A stretch of 64,000 nucleotides of DNA, from NCBI GenBank assembly GCA_963770835.1, contig CAVYRH010000003.1, forward strand, positions 32,001 through 96,000. Reading direction: 5' to 3'. The notes below the pieces were generated by a model. It ran no database searches and had not been told where the DNA came from. It saw only the letters and a program-made list of their open reading frames with translations. Positions within the stretch are counted from its first letter, which is position 1, and every line of letters begins with the position of its first letter. The stretch is from an uncultured Pseudomonadota bacterium. Its GTDB lineage: Bacteria > Oederibacteriota > Muellerivitia > Muellerivitales > Muellerivitaceae. Below, in pieces: positions 18,631 to 28,757 of the stretch. Position numbers and translations under genes: made by a program.

Positions 18631-19499
18631 TGAATTTATTTGATTTTTCTCAAGCGCAATATTTTTGTGGCAGTCATGTTTCGGCTTTGAGAAATCGGTC
18701 CGTTGGGCTGCGGAACTTCTTTGTGGCTCGGCCTAGAACCTTAAATTTATTAAGAGAGGGGACGCCTGAATATAATGAGTTTCGGGATGGTCTTTTGTGT
18801 GATATCGAAAGAAATTTATTTTTATCAATCTCACTTTATAGAAGATCTTTAGATTTAATGATGACCAGCTCGGCTAGTTGGGCTTTTGTTACCCTTTATT
18901 ACAGTTCGTTTCATGCAGCGTCAGCAATTATGGGGTTGTTCGGGGGAGTCTCAAAGGTTCCTGAATATATTGTCGATGTCGTTAGAGGAAACTCTGGGCG
19001 GCAAGAGCTGCGAATAATTAGAAATCTTGGTAATAATCAAAGGATATTAAGAAATTTTTCTGCATACAATGGTCCGCACAGAGTTTTTTGGGACATATTT
19101 TACCCATCAAGCGCTGGATTAACTGCATGGATTCCTGATCAAAGTTTACATATTGCATTGACCCCGGTTAGTAATGATCGGTTATGGCAAATTAACAATA
19201 GAAATGATTTGAATTATAACTCCCTTGATTCATTGGAGGTTTGCAAAAGTTTTGAGAATAACTTTAATTCCACAAATTTCCCCAGTTCCCTTCCTGGCGT
19301 TTTAAGTACCCAATTTTCAATAACTGAAGCAATGATTCTTACGGCTGTCTTTTTTTCTAAAGAATTTAATTTGGGAACCGACTCCTTGAAAAACCTTAAT
19401 CCTGCTGGCGCGAGAGAAACGAAATTGCGGAATTTAATCCGGGATGGTGTATTGCCTGATTTGGCACAGAAATCTAAAATCGCAGAAATGATATCTTGA
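18630..19499 (+). CDS. Hypothetical protein (possibly HEPN-like)
   Basis: 289-aa ORF coupled to DGQHR gene; W...YYSSFHAA and RN..NY motifs resemble HEPN folds. Confidence 0.55.
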   Translation: MNLFDFSQAQYFCGSHVSALRNRSVGLRNFFVARPRTLNLLREGTPEYNEFRDGLLCDIERNLFLSISLYRRSLDLMMTSSASWAFVTLYYSSFHAASAIMGLFGGVSKVPEYIVDVVRGNSGRQELRIIRNLGNNQRILRNFSAYNGPHRVFWDIFYPSSAGLTAWIPDQSLHIALTPVSNDRLWQINNRNDLNYNSLDSLEVCKSFENNFNSTNFPSSLPGVLSTQFSITEAMILTAVFFSKEFNLGTDSLKNLNPAGARETKLRNLIRDGVLPDLAQKSKIAEMIS

Positions 19500-19580
19500 A
19501 TTCTTAAAATTGGCTTCTAATTATTTAAGCCCATAATTATTTTAAATGATAAATGGTAATTTTTTCAAAAGGGGCAACCG

Positions 19581-20282
19581 ATGTGTGTCTCCTACCAACT
19601 AAACCTCCCCATTAAAGACATCGCCAAGACCTTTAAAGCGAAGCCCCCCAAGAAGATTCTCTGGGACCCCTCCAAATTAGAAAGAATCCGGCCTTCCCAC
19701 TTGGTCCCCATCATCATGGTCGACCCCGCAACAGGGGAGAGGGTCATCAAGGAAATGATTTGGGGAATGCCCTTTTTCGACTTCCTGAAAAAGAAGCTGG
19801 TCAGGCACCACCTTTTCAACGCAAAGGCCGAAACCATCACCGAAAAGAAAACCTTTAAGACCAACTTCCAAAAAAACCGCATCCTGGTCCCCATCAACCC
19901 GGCCTTCATCGAATGGAAAGACGTCGGCGGAAAGAAAAAACAACCCTACCTTATCGGCTTAAAACCCAAGGCCCCCTTCGCCTTTGCCGGCATTTGGGGG
20001 AAGTGGAACCTCACAGTTGAGGACGATAAGACGCTTGAAGCGAAGTTTAATGTGAACCCGAAATATGACCCTCCAAAGAAGGACTTTGAGTTTTACACCG
20101 TCATCACGACCACACCAAATGAGCTTATGGCCGACATTCACAACCGAATGCCTGTCATTCTGGACCCCAAGAACTACGACGCCTGGCTGGACCCTAATAT
20201 CCCGGACGCGGGGATCCTCAAAGGCCTATTAAAGCCCTACCCGGCCGCCAAGATGCAAGCCAAAGCCGCGGAGAAAGTTTAA
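19581..20282 (+). CDS. SOS response-associated peptidase (SRAP/HMCES)
   Basis: N-terminal MC, FNAKAET, F.EW, FAGIW, IHNRMPVIL. Confidence 0.93.
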   Translation: MCVSYQLNLPIKDIAKTFKAKPPKKILWDPSKLERIRPSHLVPIIMVDPATGERVIKEMIWGMPFFDFLKKKLVRHHLFNAKAETITEKKTFKTNFQKNRILVPINPAFIEWKDVGGKKKQPYLIGLKPKAPFAFAGIWGKWNLTVEDDKTLEAKFNVNPKYDPPKKDFEFYTVITTTPNELMADIHNRMPVILDPKNYDAWLDPNIPDAGILKGLLKPYPAAKMQAKAAEKV

Positions 20283-20755
20283 TGAAAAAACCGGAAACCT
20301 TACCCACAAGGCAAATAGGTAAACTCGGGGAACTTCTAGTCCAATACAAGTTACTCCAATATGGCATCGAATCCGCTCCTTTAACCACGGACGCAGGAAT
20401 AGACTTGGTGGCTTACGGCCCCAAAATCAAAAGGGCAATTACAATCCAGGTAAAAACAAACTTGAAGCCAAAGCCGGGGGGAGGAAAAGGAAAGCCCGCA
20501 ATAAATTGGTGGGTGGATGACGATAACCCGGCCCAAATTTACGCCTTTGTAGATATTTCCACCGAAAAAGTCTGGATATTTTCCAAAAAAGAATTCGAAA
20601 AGGTAGCCCAACAGCATTCGAGCGGCCGGCGGCAACTATATATGACCCTTTCTTCCGAATCAGAATTGAAAGGAAAAATTGGAAAGGCGGCTCAAATATT
20701 AAAATTTAACGACTACTTGTTAGTAAATCGAATAAGCACCTTAATAGGAAAATAA
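20282..20755 (+). CDS. PD-(D/E)XK family nuclease-like protein
   Basis: G.LGE..V, GIDLV, IQVKT. Confidence 0.7.
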   Translation: MKKPETLPTRQIGKLGELLVQYKLLQYGIESAPLTTDAGIDLVAYGPKIKRAITIQVKTNLKPKPGGGKGKPAINWWVDDDNPAQIYAFVDISTEKVWIFSKKEFEKVAQQHSSGRRQLYMTLSSESELKGKIGKAAQILKFNDYLLVNRISTLIGK

Positions 20756-20757
20756 AA

Positions 20758-21309
20758 ATGGACTCCTTCGAAAACGTCATCACAAGTCTCTTGGAGCGGG
20801 AAGGCTTCTGGACCCGTACATCCGTCAAGGTTGAATTAACAGATGTAGAAAAGAAGAAAATCGGATGGAAAACCAATCCCCGTCCGGAATTTGACATTGT
20901 GGCTTACAAAGGGAAAACGAATGAATTATGGCTCGTCGAATGCAAATCCTATCTCAACTCCGGGGGTGTAAATTATAGAGCCTTCAATGGAACGAACCCC
21001 GGTTTCGCCAAAAGATTTAAATTATTTAACAAACAAAAAAAATATAGGCTTGTAAGAAAGATTTTATTAGAAAAGTTGGTTGAGGCGGGTTTTTGCCGTC
21101 CAAACCCCAAGGTTAGCCTTGTATTAGTAGCGGGTAATGTCGTTGAAAGTCATCGTGAAAAATTAAAGTCGCATTTTGATAAAAAAGGCTGGATTTTGTG
21201 GGATGAAAAAGAATGGCACCCCAAGCTTAAGAAACTAGCCGGAGAAGGTTATGAAAACTCCATCGTTTCTGTAGTCAGTAAAATGCTTTTGCGAAGAACT
21301 GATAAATAG
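20758..21309 (+). CDS. PD-(D/E)XK family nuclease-like protein
   Basis: FE..., EFDIVA, LVECKS. Confidence 0.7.
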   Translation: MDSFENVITSLLEREGFWTRTSVKVELTDVEKKKIGWKTNPRPEFDIVAYKGKTNELWLVECKSYLNSGGVNYRAFNGTNPGFAKRFKLFNKQKKYRLVRKILLEKLVEAGFCRPNPKVSLVLVAGNVVESHREKLKSHFDKKGWILWDEKEWHPKLKKLAGEGYENSIVSVVSKMLLRRTDK

Positions 21310-21490
21310 ACAGGAGTTTTCTTTGCCCAAACCCTTCCTCAAATCCGACTTCCCTCCGCCTCGAATCAATTTTAACCAAACAAAATACATCCCTTTTCCT
21401 TCCTGCCCGGTTTTCACCCACCCCTGTTTAGTTTAACGACAAGGCGCTATTTCATTTACAACCTAACCCTCCGGGCGGACACTGATGTTG

Positions 21491-21584
21491 TTCGGTGTGG
21501 CAAGACCCAAAGGCCTACCACATTGGACCCCCGCGAAACGCGGATCTCCCCGGCATAGCGAGATCCCACCTCACCTAGGAGGTG
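21491..21584 (+). ncRNA. Candidate structured 5' leader RNA, copy 1
   Basis: Near-identical to 22353-22445; four hairpins, last one covers the GAGGTG RBS. Confidence 0.5.
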
Positions 21585-21590
21585 TCCGTC

Positions 21591-22325
21591 ATGTCTAAAA
21601 GTCCCATTTATAATTATGTTCCAGCCTGGTTCACCCAACGAACCGTTGAAATTTACAAACCCATGCCACCTTATGGCAGCCCCAAGGTGGTACGCACTCA
21701 GGTAGTTCCGGAAGACGCACCCGATTTCGCCTGTCATTACTGCCTGGAACCCTTACCCCTGATTCAATTTGAATCCGCCGACGAGTACCGCGTTTGCCCC
21801 ATTTGCCGGCACCGGGTATTGGATGCTTTTCTTCAAACCCCGGTTCACCTTTTAACCCGGGCCCAACAGGTGGAAATGTTCATAGGGGAACTTATTTTCA
21901 TCAAACAATGGAGATCGGTATTGGATTTGAGTTTGGAATTCTTCGAGCATGCTTCCTACGAAAACGAAAACGAGAAAGCCGATTTTAAGGAAGCCTGGGA
22001 CTTTATCGTTTCCCAAAAAGAAGTTGTTCTCGCCATGAATGGGCGGGTGGAAGTGGACTTCTGCATGGTTTTTTTGGATTACAAAAAACCGAAAAGCAAT
22101 TTAAAGGTTTATCTCTATAAACCTCGGGATTTCTGGTTTGACGCCCATGTGCAGAGCCGTTTGGGGTGCAGGCCCATTGAAGTGAACGGGTTTCAACTGC
22201 GCCTGGTAACCGCCACCAATTGGGCCGCCTACGGCTACCCCCGCTGTGAACAAATGGCCGTGATCGGGCTTTTGAAATGCCGCGGCCAATTGGCGTGGGA
22301 CGAAGTCTACGGCAAAAAAGCCTAA
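21591..22325 (+). CDS. Hypothetical Zn-ribbon protein (paralog of 23271-23990)
   Basis: CHYCL...CPICRH..L...L.TPV...TRAQQ shared with downstream paralog. Confidence 0.7.
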   Translation: MSKSPIYNYVPAWFTQRTVEIYKPMPPYGSPKVVRTQVVPEDAPDFACHYCLEPLPLIQFESADEYRVCPICRHRVLDAFLQTPVHLLTRAQQVEMFIGELIFIKQWRSVLDLSLEFFEHASYENENEKADFKEAWDFIVSQKEVVLAMNGRVEVDFCMVFLDYKKPKSNLKVYLYKPRDFWFDAHVQSRLGCRPIEVNGFQLRLVTATNWAAYGYPRCEQMAVIGLLKCRGQLAWDEVYGKKA

Positions 22326-22352
22326 GAAGCCGAACATAAAAAGTTGGTTTGA

Positions 22353-22445
22353 TTCGGTGGGGCAAGACCCAAAGGCCTACCCCATTGACCCCCGCGAAAC
22401 GCGGATCTCCCCGGAATAGCGAGATCCCACCTCCTGAAAGAGGTG
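22353..22445 (+). ncRNA. Candidate structured 5' leader RNA, copy 2
   Basis: Repeat of 21491-21584 with a compensatory stem change. Confidence 0.5.
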
Positions 22446-22449
22446 AAAC

Positions 22450-23274
22450 ATGGAAAAATTATTCGGCGTTGTATTCTATTTAATTGGTGTCGTTCAATTT
22501 ATCGCGGTGGATATGGGGGCGGCCGGAAGTATCTTAGAAAACGAGGGGTGGCATTGGATTTACTTACCCATTCGGTTGGCCTCTTTCGTAATGATGCTTT
22601 GCTTAAACTGGTACATTTTTATTTGGGCTCCAGGACAATTTTACCTGGTTCAAGAAACCGTAGTCCCGCCTAAAAATTCTCCGCCTCTTCATCCAACGCC
22701 TGTCGTTCCCGTCGACCCAAAGCGAGAACTATTCAAACAACCCACTCTTAAACCAGAGGCAGTTCATTACCCAATAAGGAAAACAGTTGTACTCAAACCC
22801 CGAGGGGATTCCGCTTCCTATGAAGTTCCCGCCGCCAAGACACCACTAACGCCTGATGAAAAGAAGTTTGCCGCGATGGTATCGCGGTTGAAAGAATTAG
22901 ATAAAGAAGGCGTAAGTATTGACGAGAAGGCTGAAGAAATACGGCGTTTGGGGGGCGAATTAAAGCGGGTAAATGACAAAAACGGGAATGAGATATGGCC
23001 ATTGAGCGAGACCCAATGGGAAAGGGAAATAGCGGAAAGACTTAAGGGTATCCATTGCCCCAATTGCCGAGGGATAGATATTGGCATGATCCTTTACGGC
23101 CAGTTGCCTAGAGGGGATGGTCGGTTAAACCATCTGATTCGCATGAAGTTATTTATACCGGGCGGCGGCCTCTCGGGCCTCGAGAATCTTTACTGTAATG
23201 ACTGCGAGAGCTATTGGGTAAGTGATAAATATTTAAGTGAGACCCCTCCTCCAGCGAGAGGCGGTGAAAAATGA
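22450..23274 (+). CDS. Hypothetical membrane protein with C-terminal Cys motifs
   Basis: Two N-terminal TM segments; CPNC...YG...C.DC. Confidence 0.65.
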   Translation: MEKLFGVVFYLIGVVQFIAVDMGAAGSILENEGWHWIYLPIRLASFVMMLCLNWYIFIWAPGQFYLVQETVVPPKNSPPLHPTPVVPVDPKRELFKQPTLKPEAVHYPIRKTVVLKPRGDSASYEVPAAKTPLTPDEKKFAAMVSRLKELDKEGVSIDEKAEEIRRLGGELKRVNDKNGNEIWPLSETQWEREIAERLKGIHCPNCRGIDIGMILYGQLPRGDGRLNHLIRMKLFIPGGGLSGLENLYCNDCESYWVSDKYLSETPPPARGGEK

Positions 23275-23990
23275 ATGACTTTCGTTCTTCTATTTTAGAT
23301 CCTCCCAGCAGTACGATTAACCACCCCCCAAAAACGGAACGGCCCTTGCGCCATAAGCGCCACCGGGACAAGCGGAAAAGATGCCCCTATTGCTTATGGG
23401 ATTTGACCGACTACGACCCGGAAGAAATTAAGGAACGGGGTAATCTATGCCCCCTTTGCCGCCACGGCATCCTGGAAAATCTTTTGTCCACCCCTGTCTA
23501 TGAATTTACCCGGGCCCAACAGTGGGATCTTTTGGCCAATGAAATGGAATATATCTGGGATGCGGAGCACCTTGACGTGGAAACCTACATCTTCGCAATG
23601 GGAAGTTATTACAACCCGGACTACGGCGAGGCCAAGGAAAGGTTGTGCGGCATGTTGGTGGAAAAGGAAGCGGTGTTGAGGCTGGAAGAGGAATTTATCG
23701 AGGCCGAGGGGGAATTGGACCTTCTTATCATCGCTTACTTGAATAAGTTGGCCGCGTGGAGGGGGGACATGGCCAGGCGGCTTTTCGTGGGGCGGCAATG
23801 GCGGCTTTCGGCCCGGCGGCTGAGCATGACCCATTTCAGTGAAAGGGAAGCGGTCGGGTTCCAACTGGGTTTCATACAGTCCTGTCCCTGGGGGGCCTTC
23901 GGGAGCCTGGACAAAAAGGAAAAGACCGTGGTCTATCTCGAGAAAATATTGGAGAAGCTTACTTGGGACCAGGGAAATATGGGGGCGTGA
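23271..23990 (+). CDS. Hypothetical Zn-ribbon protein
   Basis: CPYCL...CPLCRH; paralog of 21591-22325. Confidence 0.7.
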   Translation: MNDFRSSILDPPSSTINHPPKTERPLRHKRHRDKRKRCPYCLWDLTDYDPEEIKERGNLCPLCRHGILENLLSTPVYEFTRAQQWDLLANEMEYIWDAEHLDVETYIFAMGSYYNPDYGEAKERLCGMLVEKEAVLRLEEEFIEAEGELDLLIIAYLNKLAAWRGDMARRLFVGRQWRLSARRLSMTHFSEREAVGFQLGFIQSCPWGAFGSLDKKEKTVVYLEKILEKLTWDQGNMGA

Positions 23991-24044
23991 AATACAATCA
24001 GTAAAAAAGTGGGTCCAGCCCGAAATACCCCTGTAAAATATCCC

Positions 24045-24275
24045 ATGCCCAAACCCTACAATAAATCCGACTTTACACCCGCCGTCAAAGATCCCAAAAC
24101 CGGCCAGGTTTGGACCGGTGAAGACCATAAGGAAGCGATAAATAAAGCCCACAACGAGGGAAATAAGAGTGTTTATTTTGAAAACACCGGCTTTCTTCAT
24201 AAGGACGGCATCTTTTTCACCCGTTCCCAAACCGAAAGGCAATGGGGCTTCAAAACCAGCGCCGATCTGCGCTGA
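24045..24275 (+). CDS. Hypothetical protein
   Basis: 76-aa ORF in co-oriented run. Confidence 0.5.
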   Translation: MPKPYNKSDFTPAVKDPKTGQVWTGEDHKEAINKAHNEGNKSVYFENTGFLHKDGIFFTRSQTERQWGFKTSADLR

Positions 24276-24360
24276 AAACGTTTTTCCACCCCTCAAAATC
24301 CTCTTACCACTTTCCTCGTTTTTGTTCATAATACCGGCCATTCCAACTGGAGGTATTTGG

Positions 24361-25092
24361 ATGCGTAAATATTTGTCTTTCGTCCTCGTTTTTTTCGCCC
24401 TGGTATTCCTGAAAAACAACAACGCCTTCGCCGACGACTCGACCGCCAAAACAGCCCCTGGCGACGACAATGGCAAATTCTACGGCCAGCTCGTCGATTC
24501 CGGGGTGGAGGTCCGCAAGTGCATCCTCCAATATTTCGTGGACTACAAGAAATACCTTGTTGAAGGCAAGGAAAACAGGCCGGTTTCGTACGGGAAAAAG
24601 TTCCCGTGGAAATACTGGCCAGCCTATAAAAAAATGGACGCCGCCATCACCAGGATTGCCGGCAACAAGGAATATCCCGACTATTTCCTCACCTATGGGG
24701 CCAAAATCTTCCGCAAGCTCGAGGAGCCGGAGGTGAAGGCCTTTTATGGAACCCAATGGTCAAAAGAGGTGGAGGACGCCGTTCTTTCCCATTTCGAGCA
24801 GGACAGCCTTTCGGATTACAGCCTGGACGATTTCGACGCCAAGAAGGACGCCGGGCTCACTGAAACCCCGCTCCCCCTGCCCAAGGCCCAACCCCTCAAA
24901 CCCCTTGTCCTATATGACTCCTCGACCGACCCGGAGACCATGAAGGCACGGGCCACCCTGGGAATTTCCAACCCCCCGGACACCTCCGACGGCCAAGAGA
25001 ATGTACCGGCCCAACCGACCGCCACACCTAAACCCAAGGACGTGATCGGGGATGCTGCCGGCGATGCGGCCAAAAAAGTCTTTGGCTTTTGA
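24361..25092 (+). CDS. Secreted hypothetical protein
   Basis: GGAGG RBS, signal peptide MRKYLSFVLVFFALVFL...AFA. Confidence 0.7.
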   Translation: MRKYLSFVLVFFALVFLKNNNAFADDSTAKTAPGDDNGKFYGQLVDSGVEVRKCILQYFVDYKKYLVEGKENRPVSYGKKFPWKYWPAYKKMDAAITRIAGNKEYPDYFLTYGAKIFRKLEEPEVKAFYGTQWSKEVEDAVLSHFEQDSLSDYSLDDFDAKKDAGLTETPLPLPKAQPLKPLVLYDSSTDPETMKARATLGISNPPDTSDGQENVPAQPTATPKPKDVIGDAAGDAAKKVFGF

Positions 25093-25334
25093 TGAAAGAC
25101 CTCCCCTTCTGGCGCGGTGCCATCCACAACGCAAAGACGGTCCTCGTCCTGAAATCCGTCGGGGAAGACCTGGCCACCTTCAAGAACCAGGCCGACTTTA
25201 TCGGCGACAAGCCCAAGCTGAACGAGGCCCAGCTGGAAACCCTCCGTCTGGAATATTCCCTGAAAATGAAGAAGTTGACCGCCGAAGCCATGCCTCCACG
25301 GCCGCCCGGGAAGCCGAAATTTAAAAATGAGTGA
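25089..25334 (+). CDS. Hypothetical protein
   Basis: Overlaps previous stop codon. Confidence 0.55.
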   Translation: MMKDLPFWRGAIHNAKTVLVLKSVGEDLATFKNQADFIGDKPKLNEAQLETLRLEYSLKMKKLTAEAMPPRPPGKPKFKNE

Positions 25335-25383
25335 TTTTAAGAACCAGGATTTAAGGTAAAAAATAATATCAAAGGAGTCATTT

Positions 25384-26094
25384 ATGAAAATAATTCTTTA
25401 CCTTTGTTTGGTTTTTAGTGGTGCTTCACTTTTATTCGCAAAAGGGGCAATGGACACCATTAAATCAAACACGGTTGAAACGGCTCAAGACGATCCAAAC
25501 AAAGCAGAATCCGATTACCAAAGATACATTAAGGACAAAGCCGGGGATCTTATAATCGAAAAAGATAAATTCGAGAATCGAACAGTTATCAAAACCAATT
25601 TTGGTAGGGGTTGGGCGAATCGCAATGAATTAGAATTCTTTAAGCACAAAGGTGAAGATGGCTTTGACTTAGCTGGGGTTGAATTAAAAATAGAAGCTTC
25701 AATATTCGACAGTAAAAAGAACTCGGATCAATATGTTCTTTTGTTCAAAACAACTAATCCAGACACACCTTTTGGTGATAAAAAAATCGATGAAAAAAAC
25801 TTCAAATTCATGGACTGTAATGATTTTCATTGGCTGGTCGATGGAGCACCATTATCGTTTGTAAGTGAGAAATATTCTAATCATGTGGGGAAGGACTTAG
25901 TGGATACCATTGAAACTTTTACGGTTGTTTTAAACAAAAAACAATTTGAAAAGCTGGCTGTTGCATCAACCGTTGAATGCAAAATATGCGATACCCAATT
26001 TGTCTTTAACAAGAAGCACTTTTGGGTTTTGCGTTGGGTTATGGAGAGGGCTAAGGAATTACGGGCCACGAAGGAAACTAATACAAAAAATTGA
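25384..26094 (+). CDS. Secreted hypothetical protein
   Basis: GGAG RBS, signal peptide. Confidence 0.7.
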   Translation: MKIILYLCLVFSGASLLFAKGAMDTIKSNTVETAQDDPNKAESDYQRYIKDKAGDLIIEKDKFENRTVIKTNFGRGWANRNELEFFKHKGEDGFDLAGVELKIEASIFDSKKNSDQYVLLFKTTNPDTPFGDKKIDEKNFKFMDCNDFHWLVDGAPLSFVSEKYSNHVGKDLVDTIETFTVVLNKKQFEKLAVASTVECKICDTQFVFNKKHFWVLRWVMERAKELRATKETNTKN

Positions 26095-26218
26095 TCTAAA
26101 TTCCCTGAAAATTCGAGCTTTTCAAATTTGCCAAATCCCCAAAACTTGACCGATTCTCCCAGGAGGGCGTATATCTAAGGTATACCGATGTATACCTTTT
26201 CCCCTTTTTGGAGGTTTT

Positions 26219-26659
26219 ATGGCCACTCTCTACTTTTTGGGCCCGGCCCAGGAGATATTCAGGGACCTTTCCTTGCCCCTTATAGAACCTCCCGTGCCTG
26301 CAGGGGCTCCGGGCCCCCCGGAGGAATACAAAGAAAAGCGGATCGACCTGAACCGGCTTTTCAACTTCAACGCGTCCACTTTCACCTGGCTTGCCCAGGG
26401 CGATTCCATGATCGGCGCGGGGATCCACACGGGGGACATCCTGATCGTCGACCGGGCCCTCCAAGCGGCCCTGGGGGATATCGTCATAGCGGAAATCAAC
26501 CGGCAGCCCACGGTCAAGCGCCTTGGAAAAAACAACAACGCCCCGGCCCTGCTCCCCGAAAACGTGAACCACAAACCCATCCCCATCGACGAGGTCGAGG
26601 GCATCCGGGTTTGGGGGGTGGTTACGGGGGTCTTTCATCGCTTCAAGACCTATCGGTGA
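26219..26659 (+). CDS. umuD: UmuD-like S24 peptidase (Pol V subunit)
   Basis: VPAG cleavage site, GDSM catalytic Ser, TVKRL catalytic Lys; adjacent to umuC. Confidence 0.88.
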   Translation: MATLYFLGPAQEIFRDLSLPLIEPPVPAGAPGPPEEYKEKRIDLNRLFNFNASTFTWLAQGDSMIGAGIHTGDILIVDRALQAALGDIVIAEINRQPTVKRLGKNNNAPALLPENVNHKPIPIDEVEGIRVWGVVTGVFHRFKTYR

Positions 26660-26829
26660 GTGTTTTTAAAAATATCTTTCACGCTACAGCCCCGGATTTC
26701 GACGATGAACTCCCCGACCCGTACTCGGATACCCCCTCTTTGGAGGCTTTCATGCCCCGCAACTCGAAAGGAATTTTATGACGCGCGGGGCGATACCATT
26801 TTCAATAAACGGTTTATAGGAGAAATGGG

Positions 26830-28101
26830 ATGGACAAAATCTTCGCCTTGGTCGACTGCAACAACTTCTACGTTTCCTGCGAAAGGGTCTTTGATTTCAC
26901 CCTCCGCGACCGCCCTGTAGTGGTTCTTTCCAACAACGACGGCCTGGTAATTGCCCGTTCCAACGAGGCGAAGGCGCTCGGTTTCAAAATGGGCGACGCC
27001 GTTTTCCAGATGCAGGAAGCCATCAAGGAGAACCAAGTCGTCGTAATGTCCTCCAACTACGCTCTCTACTTCGACATGCGCGACCGCGTCCGGGAGGTGC
27101 TTTCCAATTTCACCCCCCGTTTGGAAAAATACAGCATCGACGAATGTTTCCTCGACTTCACCGGGATTCCGAAGGACGAGTTAGAAGATTACGGCCGCAG
27201 GATAAAAGCAAAGGTTGAAAAGTGGACCGGGATTCCTGTTTCGGTCGGAATCGGATCGACAAAGTGTCTCTCGAAACTCGCCAATAAGCTTGCGAAGAAA
27301 TCCGAGAAGGCCCGAGGGGTGCTGGACATCTACAAATCCCCGCACCTGGACAAAGCTTTGGAAGCAACGGACGTTGGCGACCTTTGGGGTGTGGGCCAGG
27401 CCTATGAAGGGATGCTTAAATCCAACGGCATCAACAACGCCCAGCAGTTCCGGGACGCACCGGAGCATTGGGTCCGATCCAGGATGACCGTCGTCGGAGC
27501 CCGGATTCAATCTGAGCTAAAAGGGGTGTCATGTATTGCTCTTAAAGAAATCCCTGATCCTCAACAAATGGTCGGCACCGCCCAGGGATTCGGTGTCCCC
27601 ATCGAAACGATTGAGGAACTAAGGGAGGCGGCCGCCACCTATGCCAACAAGGAAGCCGTCAAACTTCGCCAGCAAAAACAATGCGTCAAGGAGCTGGTTG
27701 TTTGGGTCCAAACCAACCCTTTCGGGAGGGACCCCCAATACGGAAACAAGGCCGAGATCGTTTTTCCCGTGGCCACGAATGACCCCTCGCTCATCATAAA
27801 GAAAGTGGTAAACGCCGTGGAAATGCTTTATAAAAAAGGATATCGGTACAAACGAATCGGGCTCAACGCGACCAAGCTGGAACTGGAGGATTGCGTCCAG
27901 GAGCACCTTTTCGTGAAGCCAGAGGACACCAAACGGCAGAATCTTTTACGGGTGGTGGACCAATTGAACGAGGTCAGCGGAGCCGGCACGGTCCGGACCG
28001 CCTCCGTTGTGATCGACGCCCGTTGGATGACCCGTTTCTCGAAACAGTCACCCCACTACACCACTAAAGTTAGCGATATTCCAATTGCCCGGGTGGGGTA
28101 G
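26830..28101 (+). CDS. umuC: Y-family DNA polymerase V subunit UmuC
   Basis: [34 protein letters not shown]-terminal SPHYTT. Confidence 0.95.
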   Translation: MDKIFALVDCNNFYVSCERVFDFTLRDRPVVVLSNNDGLVIARSNEAKALGFKMGDAVFQMQEAIKENQVVVMSSNYALYFDMRDRVREVLSNFTPRLEKYSIDECFLDFTGIPKDELEDYGRRIKAKVEKWTGIPVSVGIGSTKCLSKLANKLAKKSEKARGVLDIYKSPHLDKALEATDVGDLWGVGQAYEGMLKSNGINNAQQFRDAPEHWVRSRMTVVGARIQSELKGVSCIALKEIPDPQQMVGTAQGFGVPIETIEELREAAATYANKEAVKLRQQKQCVKELVVWVQTNPFGRDPQYGNKAEIVFPVATNDPSLIIKKVVNAVEMLYKKGYRYKRIGLNATKLELEDCVQEHLFVKPEDTKRQNLLRVVDQLNEVSGAGTVRTASVVIDARWMTRFSKQSPHYTTKVSDIPIARVG

Positions 28102-28135
28102 GAAAAACCAGAGAACACAAAGATCCACACCCAAC

Positions 28136-28504
28136 TTATGGTTTTGATTTTGGAAAATAGGTCGTGGCCTCGCCCGCCACTTGCCCATTTACGACCACAT
28201 AAACCTTCACGTTCTTTTTGGCTTTCGGAAATGGAACTTCGATTGATTTTGCCTTTTCCGAGACAATTTGGCCGCAGGGTCCATCCTTGTGCGTAAATTC
28301 AAAGGTCAGGTATTCGGTATCTGGATCTTCGACCTTACCGGGTGGAATGCCGACCTTGAGTTCTCCCGGGACATAACAAGTATCCAATGTGGTAACCGTC
28401 ACATGAATGCCATAAATATCGCCATGTAGCCAGGCCATCCCAATTTTTGCCCCCAGATGAAACACCATATCGTTTGGCATAATCCAAATCCTTTCCGATC
28501 CCAA
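28136..28504 (-). CDS. Hypothetical protein (start uncertain)
   Basis: 122-aa ORF convergent with umuC. Confidence 0.45.
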   Translation of the reverse strand: MGSERIWIMPNDMVFHLGAKIGMAWLHGDIYGIHVTVTTLDTCYVPGELKVGIPPGKVEDPDTEYLTFEFTHKDGPCGQIVSEKAKSIEVPFPKAKKNVKVYVVVNGQVAGEATTYFPKSKP

Positions 28505-28720
28505 TATTTGAGTTGTTTCTTTTCATATTTCTTTCCGGGAAACAATCCCAAGTAATTTATCATTTTAAAACTGGTGGATAACTAAAAAAGCCAACCTCTT
28601 CAGGAACTGGGCGTCGTTATTTTAATGATAAACTTTCAATTATTTTTCGTAATAGCGTTTTTATTGTTTAAAAAGTGTCTTTTATTATTTTGGTAAAAAT
28701 TATTTTGACCCCCTTAAATT

Positions 28721-28757
28721 CCTGCACATGCCTGTCGCAAAAAGGATAGTGTGCAAC
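28721..28757 (+). repeat. 37-bp direct repeat 2
   Basis: Exact match. Confidence 0.97.

Noticed and set aside
16671..28720. Tandem casposons
   Set aside because: Segments lack terminal inverted repeats, PolB and their own complete casposase, and are mostly unrelated to one another
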